Part shown: one piece after another, positions 9,922-19,635 of the stretch
Position numbering within the stretch: the first letter of the stretch is position 1
Layout: each line of letters opens with the position of its first letter
From: Octopus sinensis
Taxonomy: Eukaryota
Reading direction: 5' to 3'
Assembly (NCBI RefSeq): GCF_006345805.1
Contig: NW_021824233.1
Span: forward strand, 1 to 19,635
DNA length: 19,635 bases
The notes under the pieces: model-generated
Told to the model about the DNA's origin: nothing
The model's input: the letters and a program-made list of their open reading frames with translations, nothing else
Database searches by the model: none
Position numbers and translations under genes: made by a program

Positions 9922-10079
9922 GTCTATTTATTAGTTTTACTATTTCACATCCATTGCTAATGTCACTGTAGGAGTTTGACTTTCTAATTTAACACACTAT
10001 CTCTCACCACACCAACATCATACAGAGACACACACACGCATACACATACGCACGCACACACACACACACACACACACAC

Positions 10080-10118
<39 letters not shown>

Positions 10119-10181
10119 CCTTCTTCTCTACCTCATCCTTCGTTATACTTCTTATTTTCTCATCTGGAGATTTATTAATTC

Positions 10182-10222
<41 letters not shown>

Positions 10223-10671
10223 GCTTATTCATTTTCTTGTATTTCCCGCCCATCCATACTTTTTCTCTCTTCCACTACTTCCATCCCCCTTTCTGTCTTT
10301 TTCTCTCTCTCTCTCTCTCCCCACTCTTTGTCTCTCCCCCTCTCTCTATGATGAGATTCATTCTGTTTTCTTATTCACGCTCTCACAAAATCTCTTCAGA
10401 AATCAACTCCTCCTCCACGAAATAGATAATCGTCACTCTTTCTCTCTTTCTTTCCCACCCTCTCTTTCTCTTCCGCCCTCTCTATCTGTCTACCTCACTC
10501 CCTTATTCTCTCTCTCTTTCTTGCTCTTTCGTTTCCTTTTTTTCTCTCTAGACTCCACCTACATAATTTTCTCTTTCCATCATCTGATTTAACTCCGTCT
10601 TCTTTTCTCTTTCTTTTTCCTTTCTTCCCTTCCTTCTTTCTTTCTTTATGTAAATCGAGAGTAGACTCCAC

Positions 10672-10702
<31 letters not shown>

Positions 10703-10703
10703 C

Positions 10704-10743
<40 letters not shown>

Positions 10744-10768
10744 CCTACCTACCTACCTACCTACCTAC

Positions 10769-10829
<61 letters not shown>

Positions 10830-11123
10830 CATCTATCTATGTCTGTCTCTCTGTCCATCTATCTACCTGTGTCTCTGTCTATCTACTTGTCTCACTGTCT
10901 GTCTACCTGTATCTCTGACTATCTAACTACCTGTCTCCCTGTTAATCTATCTATTTATTTTCCCCTACCCTTCTTAGTGAGTTTTTGTACTTACATACAC
11001 ACATAAAGCCTACACACACTAATATCCGTCTTTATGAATTAAAATAATTCTTTCTCTTAAACACTCACACTCTCTGTCTCCTTGCAAATTCAGAATCCAT
11101 CTGTCAGTCTGTCTGTCTGTTTG

Positions 11124-11166
<43 letters not shown>

Positions 11167-11400
11167 CTATCTATCAAATAACTCATTCGCTCTCCTATGC
11201 ATACTCCCTCCATACAAACCACTTCTGACAAGCACACCGTCACTTTCTTCTCTCTCTATCGCTCTCTTTCTCTGTTGGTCACCCTGTCTTCCTGTCTGTC
11301 TCTCTCTCTCTCCGTATCATTCTCTTCCTCTCTCTAAGTGTCTTCTTTGTTCTCTTGTTCTCTTCCACATCTTTCTCCTCCTTAGTTTTGTTTATTGTTT
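9590..11400. repeat. Low-complexity pyrimidine-rich block with (TCTA)n, (CA)n, (CTA)n, (CCTA)n and (CT)n arrays
   Basis: (TCTA)n about 9836-9925 and 10670-10840; (CA)n 10030-10115; (CTA)n 10182-10222; (CCTA)n about 10742-10770; (CT)n(CTAT)n about 11125-11175. Confidence 0.93.
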
Positions 11401-11618
11401 ATTTTCTTTCTTCTAAATGCAAAAGTTTTTATATTTCTCCTTCAACTTCATATTATCGACTACCTGCAAAAACCAAGGAGAAAAGCACAAAGAAAAAAAA
11501 ATCACTTTTTGCCATCAACCACTTCTCTTTATGACCGCAAGCACTGCCGTCCATACCACTTATTTTTAATATTACCAGCAATAATACCATCATCACCATC
11601 ACAATAATTGCCACCACC

Positions 11619-11834
11619 AATATCGGTTTACAAAATTTGGCACAGGGCCAGCAAATTCGGGGCAGGTATTATGTCGATTAAATCGATTTTAGTGCTCAAC
11701 TGGTACTTATTTCATCGAAGCCGAAGTGTGAAGGGCAAAGTTGACTCTGGCCAAATGGAACTCAGAACCTAAAGGCAGGCGAAATGCCGATAAGCATTTT
11801 GCCCGGCGTGCTAACGATTCTGTTAGCTCGGCCT
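11619..11834 (-). mobile_element. Family A SINE, full length, tail type 1
   Basis: Minus strand GGCCGAGCTAACAGAATCGTTAGCACGCCGGGCAAAATGC ... GTGCCAAATTTTGTAAACCGATATT. Confidence 0.88.
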
Positions 11835-11847
11835 TATCAGCCACCAC

Positions 11848-12269
11848 AAATATCTTTTTCTTTACTACTCACAAGGGGGTAAACACAGAGGGGACAAACA
11901 AGGACAGACAAATGGATTAAGTTGATTATATCGACCCCAGCGTGTAACTGGTACTTAATTTATCGACCCCGAAAGGATGAAAGGCAAAGTCGACCTCGGC
12001 GGAATTTGAACTCAGAACGTAACCGCAGACGAGATACCTATTTCTTTATTACCCACAAGGGGCTAAACACAGAGGGGACAAACAAGGACAGACATAGGTA
12101 TTAAGTCGATTACATCGACCCCAGTGCGTAACTGGTACTTAATTTATCGACCCCGAAAGGATGAAAGGCAAAGTCGACCTCGGCGGAATTTGAACTCAGA
12201 ACGTAACCGCAGACGAGATACCACTAAGCATTTCGCCCGGCGTGCTAACGTTTCTACCAGCTCGCCGCC
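11848..12269 (-). mobile_element. Family A SINE tandem dimer (head + 2 x [body + tail type 2])
   Basis: 184-bp period; 11946-12038 and 12130-12222 are identical; head GGCGGCGAGCTGGTAGAAACGTTAGCACGCC. Confidence 0.93.
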
Positions 12270-12407
12270 TTTTTCAGCCACCACTAATGTCACCATCAAT
12301 ACTACCACTGCTACCACTATTACCATTAGCACCCAAGCGACCACCGCTGCCACCCCACCACTTCAATTATAAATTTTATTTCAATAAACATCATCACAAC
12401 CATTAAC

Positions 12408-12575
12408 GAAAAGGCGAGCGTTTTCGTGGTCGTTCGACCGACTAGAAATAGCAACCAAATCTTATCTCCTTCAAATGACACACTGCCGTCTTACAAAAGG
12501 ACACATTGTGTCCTGTCGTCTCAAGTAACATTTACGTGGGAAAAAGCTGAGATGGGGGCCACAGAAAATAAATAA
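12408..12575 (+). repeat. Interspersed repeat family D (unclassified), copy 2
   Basis: GGTCGTTCGACCGACTAGAAATAGCAACCAAATCTTATCTCCTTCAAATGACACACT...AAAAGGACACATTG. Confidence 0.6.
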
Positions 12576-12579
12576 TTAC

Positions 12580-13025
12580 AACTACTAGTAATACTGTTAA
12601 CAAATCACTATTACCACCACCTATGGTATTTACGAACACTACAACACTGCAACTATAACCAACACTGTCACAAATTCCATTTTATATCTATCTTTATATA
12701 TTTATGTCTGTCTCTGTCTGTCTGCCTGTCTCTGTCTGTCTGCCTGTCTCTGTCTGTCTGTCTCTGTCTGTCTGTCTGTCTCTCTCAATATATATATATA
12801 ACCACCACTACCACCTTCACCAACATCACCATCACCATCACTGCGAACATCTCATACATCTACCGACACTTTCCTTATACAATCACCACAACACCAACAC
12901 GAGTGCATCCACTACGAAGAATGCCATTAGCACTACTAGTACCACTAGCACTACCACTACCTTTTCTCCCACCTCCATTATAACAACACTAGCAGCACCA
13001 CATTTCTTAATAACCACCACAAAGG
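12580..13025. repeat. Degenerate (CAC/CTA)n and (TGTC)n low-complexity sequence
   Basis: Direct reading. Confidence 0.8.
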
Positions 13026-14120
13026 TATTTTTACCTTTTTAGACGATGGGTGATTTTCTAAACGTCTCATTACACTCCTTTGCGCAATCAATAAATTTAT
13101 TCAAACTCCCAAAATTCTAAGTGGTTATTGTAACCATTTCACAATGTCCACGAATCTGAAAGAGCATAATAAGATGGGTTTTTTACATTGGACACAAGGA
13201 CCTTGGGCATTAAGGGTAATATAAAAGAACTAAATACAATTCACAAAATATAAGCTTCAAATTGACTGAAAGAAATCAACAATAATTGATATCTCACCCT
13301 CTCTGTGTACAAATATAATTTTTTTTCTATTAAATTGCACTTCATATTCGAGGCTCCGAAGAAGTTATAAGGTGTTATTCAGGCACTCAATTACGAGTCC
13401 ACTGCATCTCATAGCAGAAACAGTTGTAAGCTAATGAAGTTCATAAGATAATCGTTTATACTTTTGTCATCTCATTTTCTTATAATAAAAGATATATAAA
13501 TAGAATTAAAAGTAAATCCACCAGGAAAAAGTTTCCTCAATAACACAGCAACCCAACGAGGGCAATTTAGGGATAGCCTCACACAAAAAGGGTCAAGTTA
13601 TTCTACCAGTTTCAAGGTATCAAAAGTGCTGTTTAAAAAGATGCTCAGGCTGCGGCTGTGCACACTAACCACTTTCCTTATCCACTTTTCGATAGTCACT
13701 CTAGAATCAGTACCTTCCTTTCTATGCGCACTTTTTTCATCAAATGGTACTGGAAAGAGTTGATGAGATCTCAGTAGAGTAGGATAATGTCAGTCTTTAA
13801 ACCTTTCAGACGAATCCATCATACAATCTTTTTCGTCACAGTCACCATAAATAGGAAGATTTACTTTACTTCTCTGCTAAAGGGAAGCAACGCGTCCATA
13901 TTTTCTAAAATCTCGGCAGACAATCGGATTCGTCTTACTCTCCATATAAACTCACAAGTCGCCGATGCACGAACAGTGCAGGACATTTTCGAACGCACTC
14001 CATATACACACATCTCAGTCAGGTTCACTGCCGGCGCTTCCATGTCAGTAGAGTATATCACGAACAGGTGATGTTCCCCTGAAACACTGCCAATAATAAT
14101 TGCTTCTAATTTAGGCATAT

Positions 14121-14730
14121 GGCCAGTAATTTAGAGGTTATGAGATCAGTAAACTACATCGAACCATTACTTGACTGGCATTCTATTTTATCGAACCCGA
14201 AAGATTAAAAGGCAAAGTCGAAACCAATGCGACTTGAAATCAGAGTGTGAAGTACTGAAAAAAAAAAGCGATCCATGATTATAAAAGGTGCTCTGTCACG
14301 GAACCTTTTAACATAGTGCATTCTAATTTGAGCACAAAGCCAGACATTTTAAGTGGAAGGCGTTATTCGATGCCATCGACCCTAATATTTTACTGGTATC
14401 TTATTTCAAAAACATCAAAGATATGAAAGATGAAGTCGGCTTCGGTTTGATTTGAACAAAGAACGTAAAGAGGTGAAATAAATAGAGCAATGTATTTCTT
14501 CAAGGGTTCTAAAAATTCTGGCATTTGACCGCCCTTAGTTGTTTTCAATTCAGACACAAGGCCAACAGTCTCGAGCAGGGTGGATAGATCAATTGCATCG
14601 GCACAAGTATTGGACTGGTATTTCAGTTTACGCCACCCTGAAAGTAAAACTTGTAGGATTTCAACATGGAATGTAATGAGCTAGAACAAATAGCGCAAAG
14701 CGTTTTTACCGAGGCTCCAACGATTCGGGT
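14121..14730 (-). mobile_element. Three highly degenerate family A SINE copies in the same orientation (about 14121-14265, 14323-14535, 14545-14730)
   Basis: Recurring degenerate motifs: ATCGA.CC...ACTGG...TTTATCGAACCCGAAAG...GGCAAAGTCG; GCACAAAGCC / ACACAAGGCC tail remnants; AACGATTC / AATTCTGGC head remnants. Confidence 0.6.
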
Positions 14731-14935
14731 TGAAATATAATAATATAGAACATTGATATCCTAAGAATCTTTCGCACTAATATTGGAGTCATCATATCCG
14801 GGCATGCATATATAGGGGATAGAGAAGAGTTAATTTGTTACATCAGTTATAAAACTGACTACATTGAGGAGCAAAAAACATAGCAAAAGCAACAGAGTTT
14901 AATAGATATAAGAATTGCGCTTTCAATAACTGGAA

Positions 14936-15130
14936 GTGTATGTATGTATGTATGTATGTATGTATGTATGTATGTATGTATGTATGTATGTATGTATGTA
15001 TGCATGTATGTATGCATGTATGCATGTATGTATGTATGTATGTATGTATACATGTATGTATGTAGGCATGTATGTATGTACGTATTATATATATCTACAT
15101 ACATGTACATATATATATATATATATATAC
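14936..15130. repeat. (TATG)n then (TA)n microsatellite
   Basis: Direct reading. Confidence 0.96.
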
Positions 15131-15134
15131 ATAA

Positions 15135-15293
15135 GCGCAGGCGTGGCTGGGTGGAAAGTAGCTTGCTTACCAACCACATGGTTCCGGGTTCAGTCCCACT
15201 GCATGGCACCTTGGGCAAGTGTCTTCTACTATAGCTCCGGGTCGACCTAAGCCTTGAGGGTGGATTTGGTTAATGGAAACTGAAAGAAGCCTC

Positions 15294-15341
<48 letters not shown>

Positions 15342-15349
15342 GTGTATGT

Positions 15350-15393
<44 letters not shown>

Positions 15394-15596
15394 TTGTGTC
15401 TGTGTTTATTCCCGCATCATCGCTTGATAACCGATGTCGGTGTGTTTACGTCCTTGTAACTTAGCGGTTTGCAAAAGAGACCGATAGACTAAGTACTTGG
15501 CTTACAAAGAATAAGTCCTTGGGGCGATTTGCTCGACTAAAGGCGGTGCTCCAGCATGGCCTCAGTCAACTGACAAACAAATAAAGGAATAAAGTA
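15135..15596 (+). mobile_element. tRNA-derived SINE, family C (CORE-like motif, internal microsatellite), full length
   Basis: TGGCTGGGTGG A-box-like, GGTTCAGTCCC B-box-like, GCACCTTGGGCAAGTGTCTT (CORE-like), internal (TA)n(TG)n, then the 3' half CGCTTGATAACCG...CCAGCATGGCCTCAGTCAA and an A-rich tail. Confidence 0.92.
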
Positions 15597-15997
15597 ATAC
15601 ATATATATATATATACATACATACATACATATATAAATATATAAAGTGTGTTTTTTATGTATGTATATACATTTTCATTTGTACGTATATGTGTCTCTAC
15701 ATATGTACATATATATGTGTGCATATAAACAGTGTATATAAACATATGTTTATAAATTTTGTACATAGACACAAGCGTTTGTGTGTGTGTGTGTGTGTGT
15801 ATTTCTGTGTGTGTCTGTGTGTGTGTATGAGTGTCTGTGTGTGTGTGTCTCAAAGCAAAGAAAGTATTTTGGCAAAATAAATTTAAATGTTGAAGTGAAT
15901 CTAACGGTTTTTGTGTATTTTTAAATGGCTTATAAACACCTTCCAAGCTGCAATTGATTTTGTTTTAGCTCACGATCTCAGATCAGGTCACTTCCTG

Positions 15998-16064
<67 letters not shown>
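15597..16064. repeat. Degenerate (TA)n/(TG)n blocks and a (CA)n(TA)n run abutting the Tc1 left end
   Basis: Direct reading: 15597-15850 and 16000-16064. Confidence 0.9.
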
Positions 16065-16066
<2 letters not shown>

Positions 16067-16094
16067 AGGGTGGGACAAAATAATGGAAACACCT
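16065..16094 (+). repeat. Left terminal inverted repeat of the Tc1-like element
   Basis: Reverse complement of 17316-17345 with 4 mismatches. Confidence 0.9.
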
Positions 16095-16256
16095 AGCATC
16101 ATAGCATCATACTTTTGAAATATATATATAAAACTATCAAAAGCTTGTTCATTTTTATGTTTCTTGATTTATTATTAGTGTTTTACTTAATATGTTTTGC
16201 TAAAATTGCTGTTTGTTTTAGATATCATCAGAAAAATGTAATTAAAATGCATTAAC

Positions 16257-17293
16257 GTAACAGATCTATCGGACTTTCAAAGAGGTCAAATTGTTGGTGC
16301 TCGTATGACAGGCGCTAGCGTAACAAAAACAGCCGAAATGTTTGGTGTATCAAGAAGTACTACCTCGAAAGTAACGACAGCCTTTGAGAAACATGTAAAA
16401 ACCTTTTCGTCGAAACAAAAATCCGGAAGAAAACCAAAAATTTCAGATACGGACCGTCGGACCTCTTACACAAATTGTTAGCAAGGATCACAAAAGTACA
16501 GCACCCACAAATACTGCAGAGCTTAATGACCACCACAAGAACCCAGTTTCCACAAAAACTGTTTGCCGGAGCTACACAAAGCCGGATTTCACGGGAGGGC
16601 TGCAATGAGAAAAAAACTACTTTCAAAAACAAACGTTGTAAAGCGTTTAAAGTGGAGTAAAAACCTACAGAATTGGTTCTTTGAACAGTAGAAAAATGTT
16701 ATTTTCTCGGACGAGTCATCCTTTACCATATTTCCAACCATCTGTCGAATATACGTGTGGAAACAGCCAAAAGTAGCATTTGAACCAGACTGCCTTCTTC
16801 CAACTGTTAAAAATGAAGGTAGATCTGTGATGATCTGGAGGGCCGTGCTATATCTTGGAAATCCGCCGGCCCAATGGATTCCCTTGATAGCAGAATTAAT
16901 AGTCAAGCCGATTTAAGCATTTTATCAAAGCAAATTCATCCTATGCTTGCGGAACTGTTTTCGGAGGGAAACGCCGTCTTTCAGGTTAATAATGCGCCAA
17001 TTCACACAGCCAAATGTGTTACTGAATGGCACGAGGAACATTCTTGTGAAGTTGAACATCTTATCTGGTCACCACAGTCCCCAGATCTCAATATTACTGA
17101 ACATTTATGGTTTATTTTAGGAAAACAAGTAAGCAGTCAATATCCTCCAGCATCATCACTACAAGAACTGGAGACTATTTTAGCTGAGGAATGGAGAAAA
17201 ATTCCTTTGGAAAAGAATCAAACTTTGTACGAGTCCATTCCTCGTAGAATTCAAGCTGTAATTACTGCCAAAGAAGGTCCTACCTCATATTAA
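16257..17293 (+). pseudogene. Tc1-family transposase pseudogene
   Basis: Manual translation: VTDLSDFQRGQIVGARMTGASVTKTAEMFGVSRSTTSKV...SGRKPKISDTDRRT / LTQIVSKDHKSTAP...PVSTKTVCR / ELHKAGFHGRAAMRKKLLSKTNVVKRLKW...Q*KNVIFSDESSFTIF...PTVKNEGRSVMIW / ISWKSAGPMDSL...FQVNNAPIHTA...WSPQSPDLNITEHLW...RRIQAVITAKEGPTSY*. At least 3 frameshifts, an in-frame stop, no in-frame ATG, and the second catalytic D mutated to N (16988-16990). Confidence 0.93.
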
Positions 17294-17315
17294 AATAAAT
17301 TTGATTGAAATTTTA

Positions 17316-17345
17316 AGGTTTTTCCATTATTTTGTCCAACCCCTG
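17316..17345 (-). repeat. Right terminal inverted repeat of the Tc1-like element
   Basis: Reads CAGGGGTTGGACAAAATAATGGAAAAACCT on the minus strand; followed by TA. Confidence 0.9.
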
Positions 17346-17446
17346 TATAAATACGCATATAAACATACTTATATACATACATACATACATAAAAATATCA
17401 TATATATGAAAGCAAGGCTTGCATGTATATGCATGCATATATGTTT

Positions 17447-17668
17447 TTCTTTTTTATTGCTTCAGTCATTTGACTGCGGCCATGCAGGAGCACCGCCTTT
17501 AGTCGAGCATATCGACCCCAGGACTTATTCTTTGTAAACCTAATACTTAATCTTTATTGCCGAACCACTAAGTTACTGGGACGTATACACACAAGCATCA
17601 GTTGTCAAGTGATGTTATGGTGGACAAACACAGACACACAAATACACAGACACAAACGCGCAACACAC

Positions 17669-17710
<42 letters not shown>

Positions 17711-17868
17711 TTCTTCTTTCAGTTTCCGTCTACCAAATCCACTGACAGGGGTTTGGTCGGGCCAAGGTTATAGTAGAAGACACTTCTCCAAGGGGCCACG
17801 CAATGGGACTGAACCCAGAACCATGTGGTTGGTAAGCAAGCTACTTGGCATACAGCCACTCCTGCGCC
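17447..17868 (-). mobile_element. Family C SINE, full length
   Basis: Reverse complement is colinear with 15135-15596, including the internal (TG)n. Confidence 0.92.
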
Positions 17869-17919
17869 TGTGCATATATGTGGTCTTTAAACATTTGTAT
17901 ATGTCTACAAACCAGCAAG

Positions 17920-17963
<44 letters not shown>

Positions 17964-18248
17964 GGAACTTAAGAAGAAAGGCATATAGATCTGTCTGAAT
18001 TTATGTATGTATGTCAATACATATATGTTATATGTATATGTCTATTATATTTCCTTCTCTGAGCGACTTATTAATACTTTACATGTACCACGTCCCCGCG
18101 TCGCTTTTCTCTAGTCTTTTTCTATCCGTTTTTTGATCACACACACACACACAACACACACACACACCACACACACACATATATATATATATATCTTTAT
18201 ATATATATAATAAATCTCAGAACGAGGTATAAACAGTAACTGCACGAC

Positions 18249-18348
18249 AATGTGAAGTTTATTTGCCACTTAAATGTGGCTAACCAATAAGCTACAGTAG
18301 CATCCACCCTTATGGTTCACCACATTTAGTGGCAATATACTTCATATT
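18249..18348. repeat. 100-nt near-perfect inverted repeat (hairpin; possible MITE)
   Basis: Left arm AATGTGAAGTTTATTTGCCACTTAAATGTGGCTAACCAATAAG (18249-18291). Right arm reverse complement AATATGAAGTATATTGCCACTAAATGTGGTGAACCATAAG (18309-18348). 17-nt loop. Confidence 0.85.
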
Positions 18349-18364
18349 ATATATAATATATATA

Positions 18365-18401
<37 letters not shown>

Positions 18402-18857
18402 TATATATATATATATCTATATATATATATATTATATATCCATAAATATATATATACAGATGACACTCACCCACACACACATGATGTTAAAACTGCTTCC
18501 AAGATTTCAGAGAGTCTGAGCCAGTTCTCTACTTTCTTGCAGCAGTTTCGATGAAAAGTATATGTTCTGTTCCCAATGGGCACACACATCAAAGCCGGGT
18601 ATTATTACTTCAAATATGGTTATAAATTAAGAATTATGTACTATCTGAAGGGCCTCCGTTTGTCATGTGATAGGCAACAGTTGAAATTGGAACTCATCGG
18701 GAGGGAACTTAGTGGCAATACATCGTATTCAAAATTTTAAGAACTTTTCTGTGTAACAAAACCATCTGTAATGGTGCATAATTACAACTTACGATTTTTG
18801 GCACTGGAGCTCAGACCGAAAAGAAGTTCTCACACAAGCACGAGGTTAGATTTATGT

Positions 18858-19434
18858 ATGTATGATGTATGTATGTATGTATGTATGTATGTATGTATGT
18901 ATGTATGTATGTATGTATGTATGTATGTATGCATGCATGCATGCATGCATGCATGCATGTATGTATGTATGTAAGCATGCATGCGTGCATCTATGTGTGT
19001 ATGTATGAATACATGCATGCATGTATGTATGCATGTATGTTTGTATGTATGTATGTAGTATGTATGTATGTATGTATGCATGCATGCATGTATGTATGTA
19101 TGTAAGCATGCATGCGTGCATCTATGTATGTATGTATGTATGAATACATGCATGCATGTATGTATGCATATATGTTTGTATGTATGTAATTACGCATGCA
19201 TAGGCACGCTTGCATATATGTATGCGTGTATGTATGTATATGCATATTTGTATATACAGTAACGTCTATATGCAAGCAAAGACATTCTTCTTAATACATA
19301 CCTGTATATCTGCATGTATGTATATATATATATATATATTATTATATATATATATAATAATATATATATATAATATATAATATATATACATTATATAATA
19401 TATAAAACATATATATATATATATATATTATATA

Positions 19435-19474
<40 letters not shown>
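18858..19474. repeat. (TATG/CATG)n array with a 131-bp higher-order duplication, followed by (TA)n
   Basis: TAAGCATGCATGCGTGCATCTATG at 18972 and 19103; (TA)n about 19315-19474. Confidence 0.95.
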
Positions 19475-19476
<2 letters not shown>

Positions 19477-19635
19477 CGTATGAAAATACACAAAGCTTAC
19501 ACATTAGCAAATGTATTTAATAATATATAAAGACAGAGAGAGAGAGACGTGTGGTGTGTGTTGTATGAGCGTCAATAAATAGCATGTTTTTATGAAGAGT
19601 ATGTTAAACAGAGGCTCTTAATGAATAACTAAACC

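Larger units (their letters stand above)
16065..17345 (+). mobile_element. Full-length, inactivated Tc1/mariner DNA transposon with DD36E spacing (Incomer-like)
   Basis: 30-bp TIRs: left TAAGGGTGGGACAAAATAATGGAAACACCT (16065-16094); right AGGTTTTTCCATTATTTTGTCCAACCCCTG (17316-17345); 26/30 match. TA on both sides (16063-64, 17346-47). Internal sequence translates to a Tc1 transposase across frameshifts. Confidence 0.95.

Noticed and set aside
10742-10770. (CCTA)n as an interstitial telomeric repeat
   Set aside because: The unit is TAGG, not TTAGGG or TTAGG, and it is embedded in a (TCTA)n array from which it arises by a single substitution.
11848-12269. CRISPR-like array or repeated protein domain (ORFs 11922-12104 and 12124-12372)
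   Set aside because: The 184-bp units are SINE bodies and tails with no unique spacers, and no cas genes are present in this eukaryotic context.
13956-14040. Cyclic-nucleotide-binding-like motif (EMCVYGVRSKMSCTVRASATCE)
   Set aside because: The resemblance is superficial: the conserved FGE is missing and spacing is off. Kept only as part of the unexplained island.
14859-14935. Minus-strand terminal exon (VIESAILISIKLCCFCYVFCSSM*) after CTTCCAG
   Set aside because: Only a single plausible acceptor; no homology recognised and no independent support.

Overview
This is eukaryotic, AT-rich, repeat-dense non-coding DNA. It is very probably from an octopus (inferred from recognisable octopus-type tRNA-derived SINEs and the microsatellite load). 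No intact protein-coding gene is supported, and nearly all ORFs in the supplied track are translations of microsatellites or SINEs. The window holds: (i) a full-length but dead 1281-bp Tc1-like transposon (16065-17345) with 30-bp TIRs and DD36E-type catalytic spacing; (ii) a truncated rosa/DD41D-like mariner fragment nested inside a SINE (about 7236-7639); (iii) about 20 SINE or SINE-like copies in four families, including two chimeric arrays with an exact 184-bp period; (iv) many simple repeats; (v) a 100-nt near-perfect hairpin, two hammerhead-like relics and a few unexplained unique islands with possible exons. I see no convincing new biological system. The best leads are the DD36E element in a presumed cephalopod and the recurrent 184-bp SINE chimeras that fit a template-jumping mechanism. 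SINE family labels A-D are my own, and boundaries of degenerate copies are approximate.
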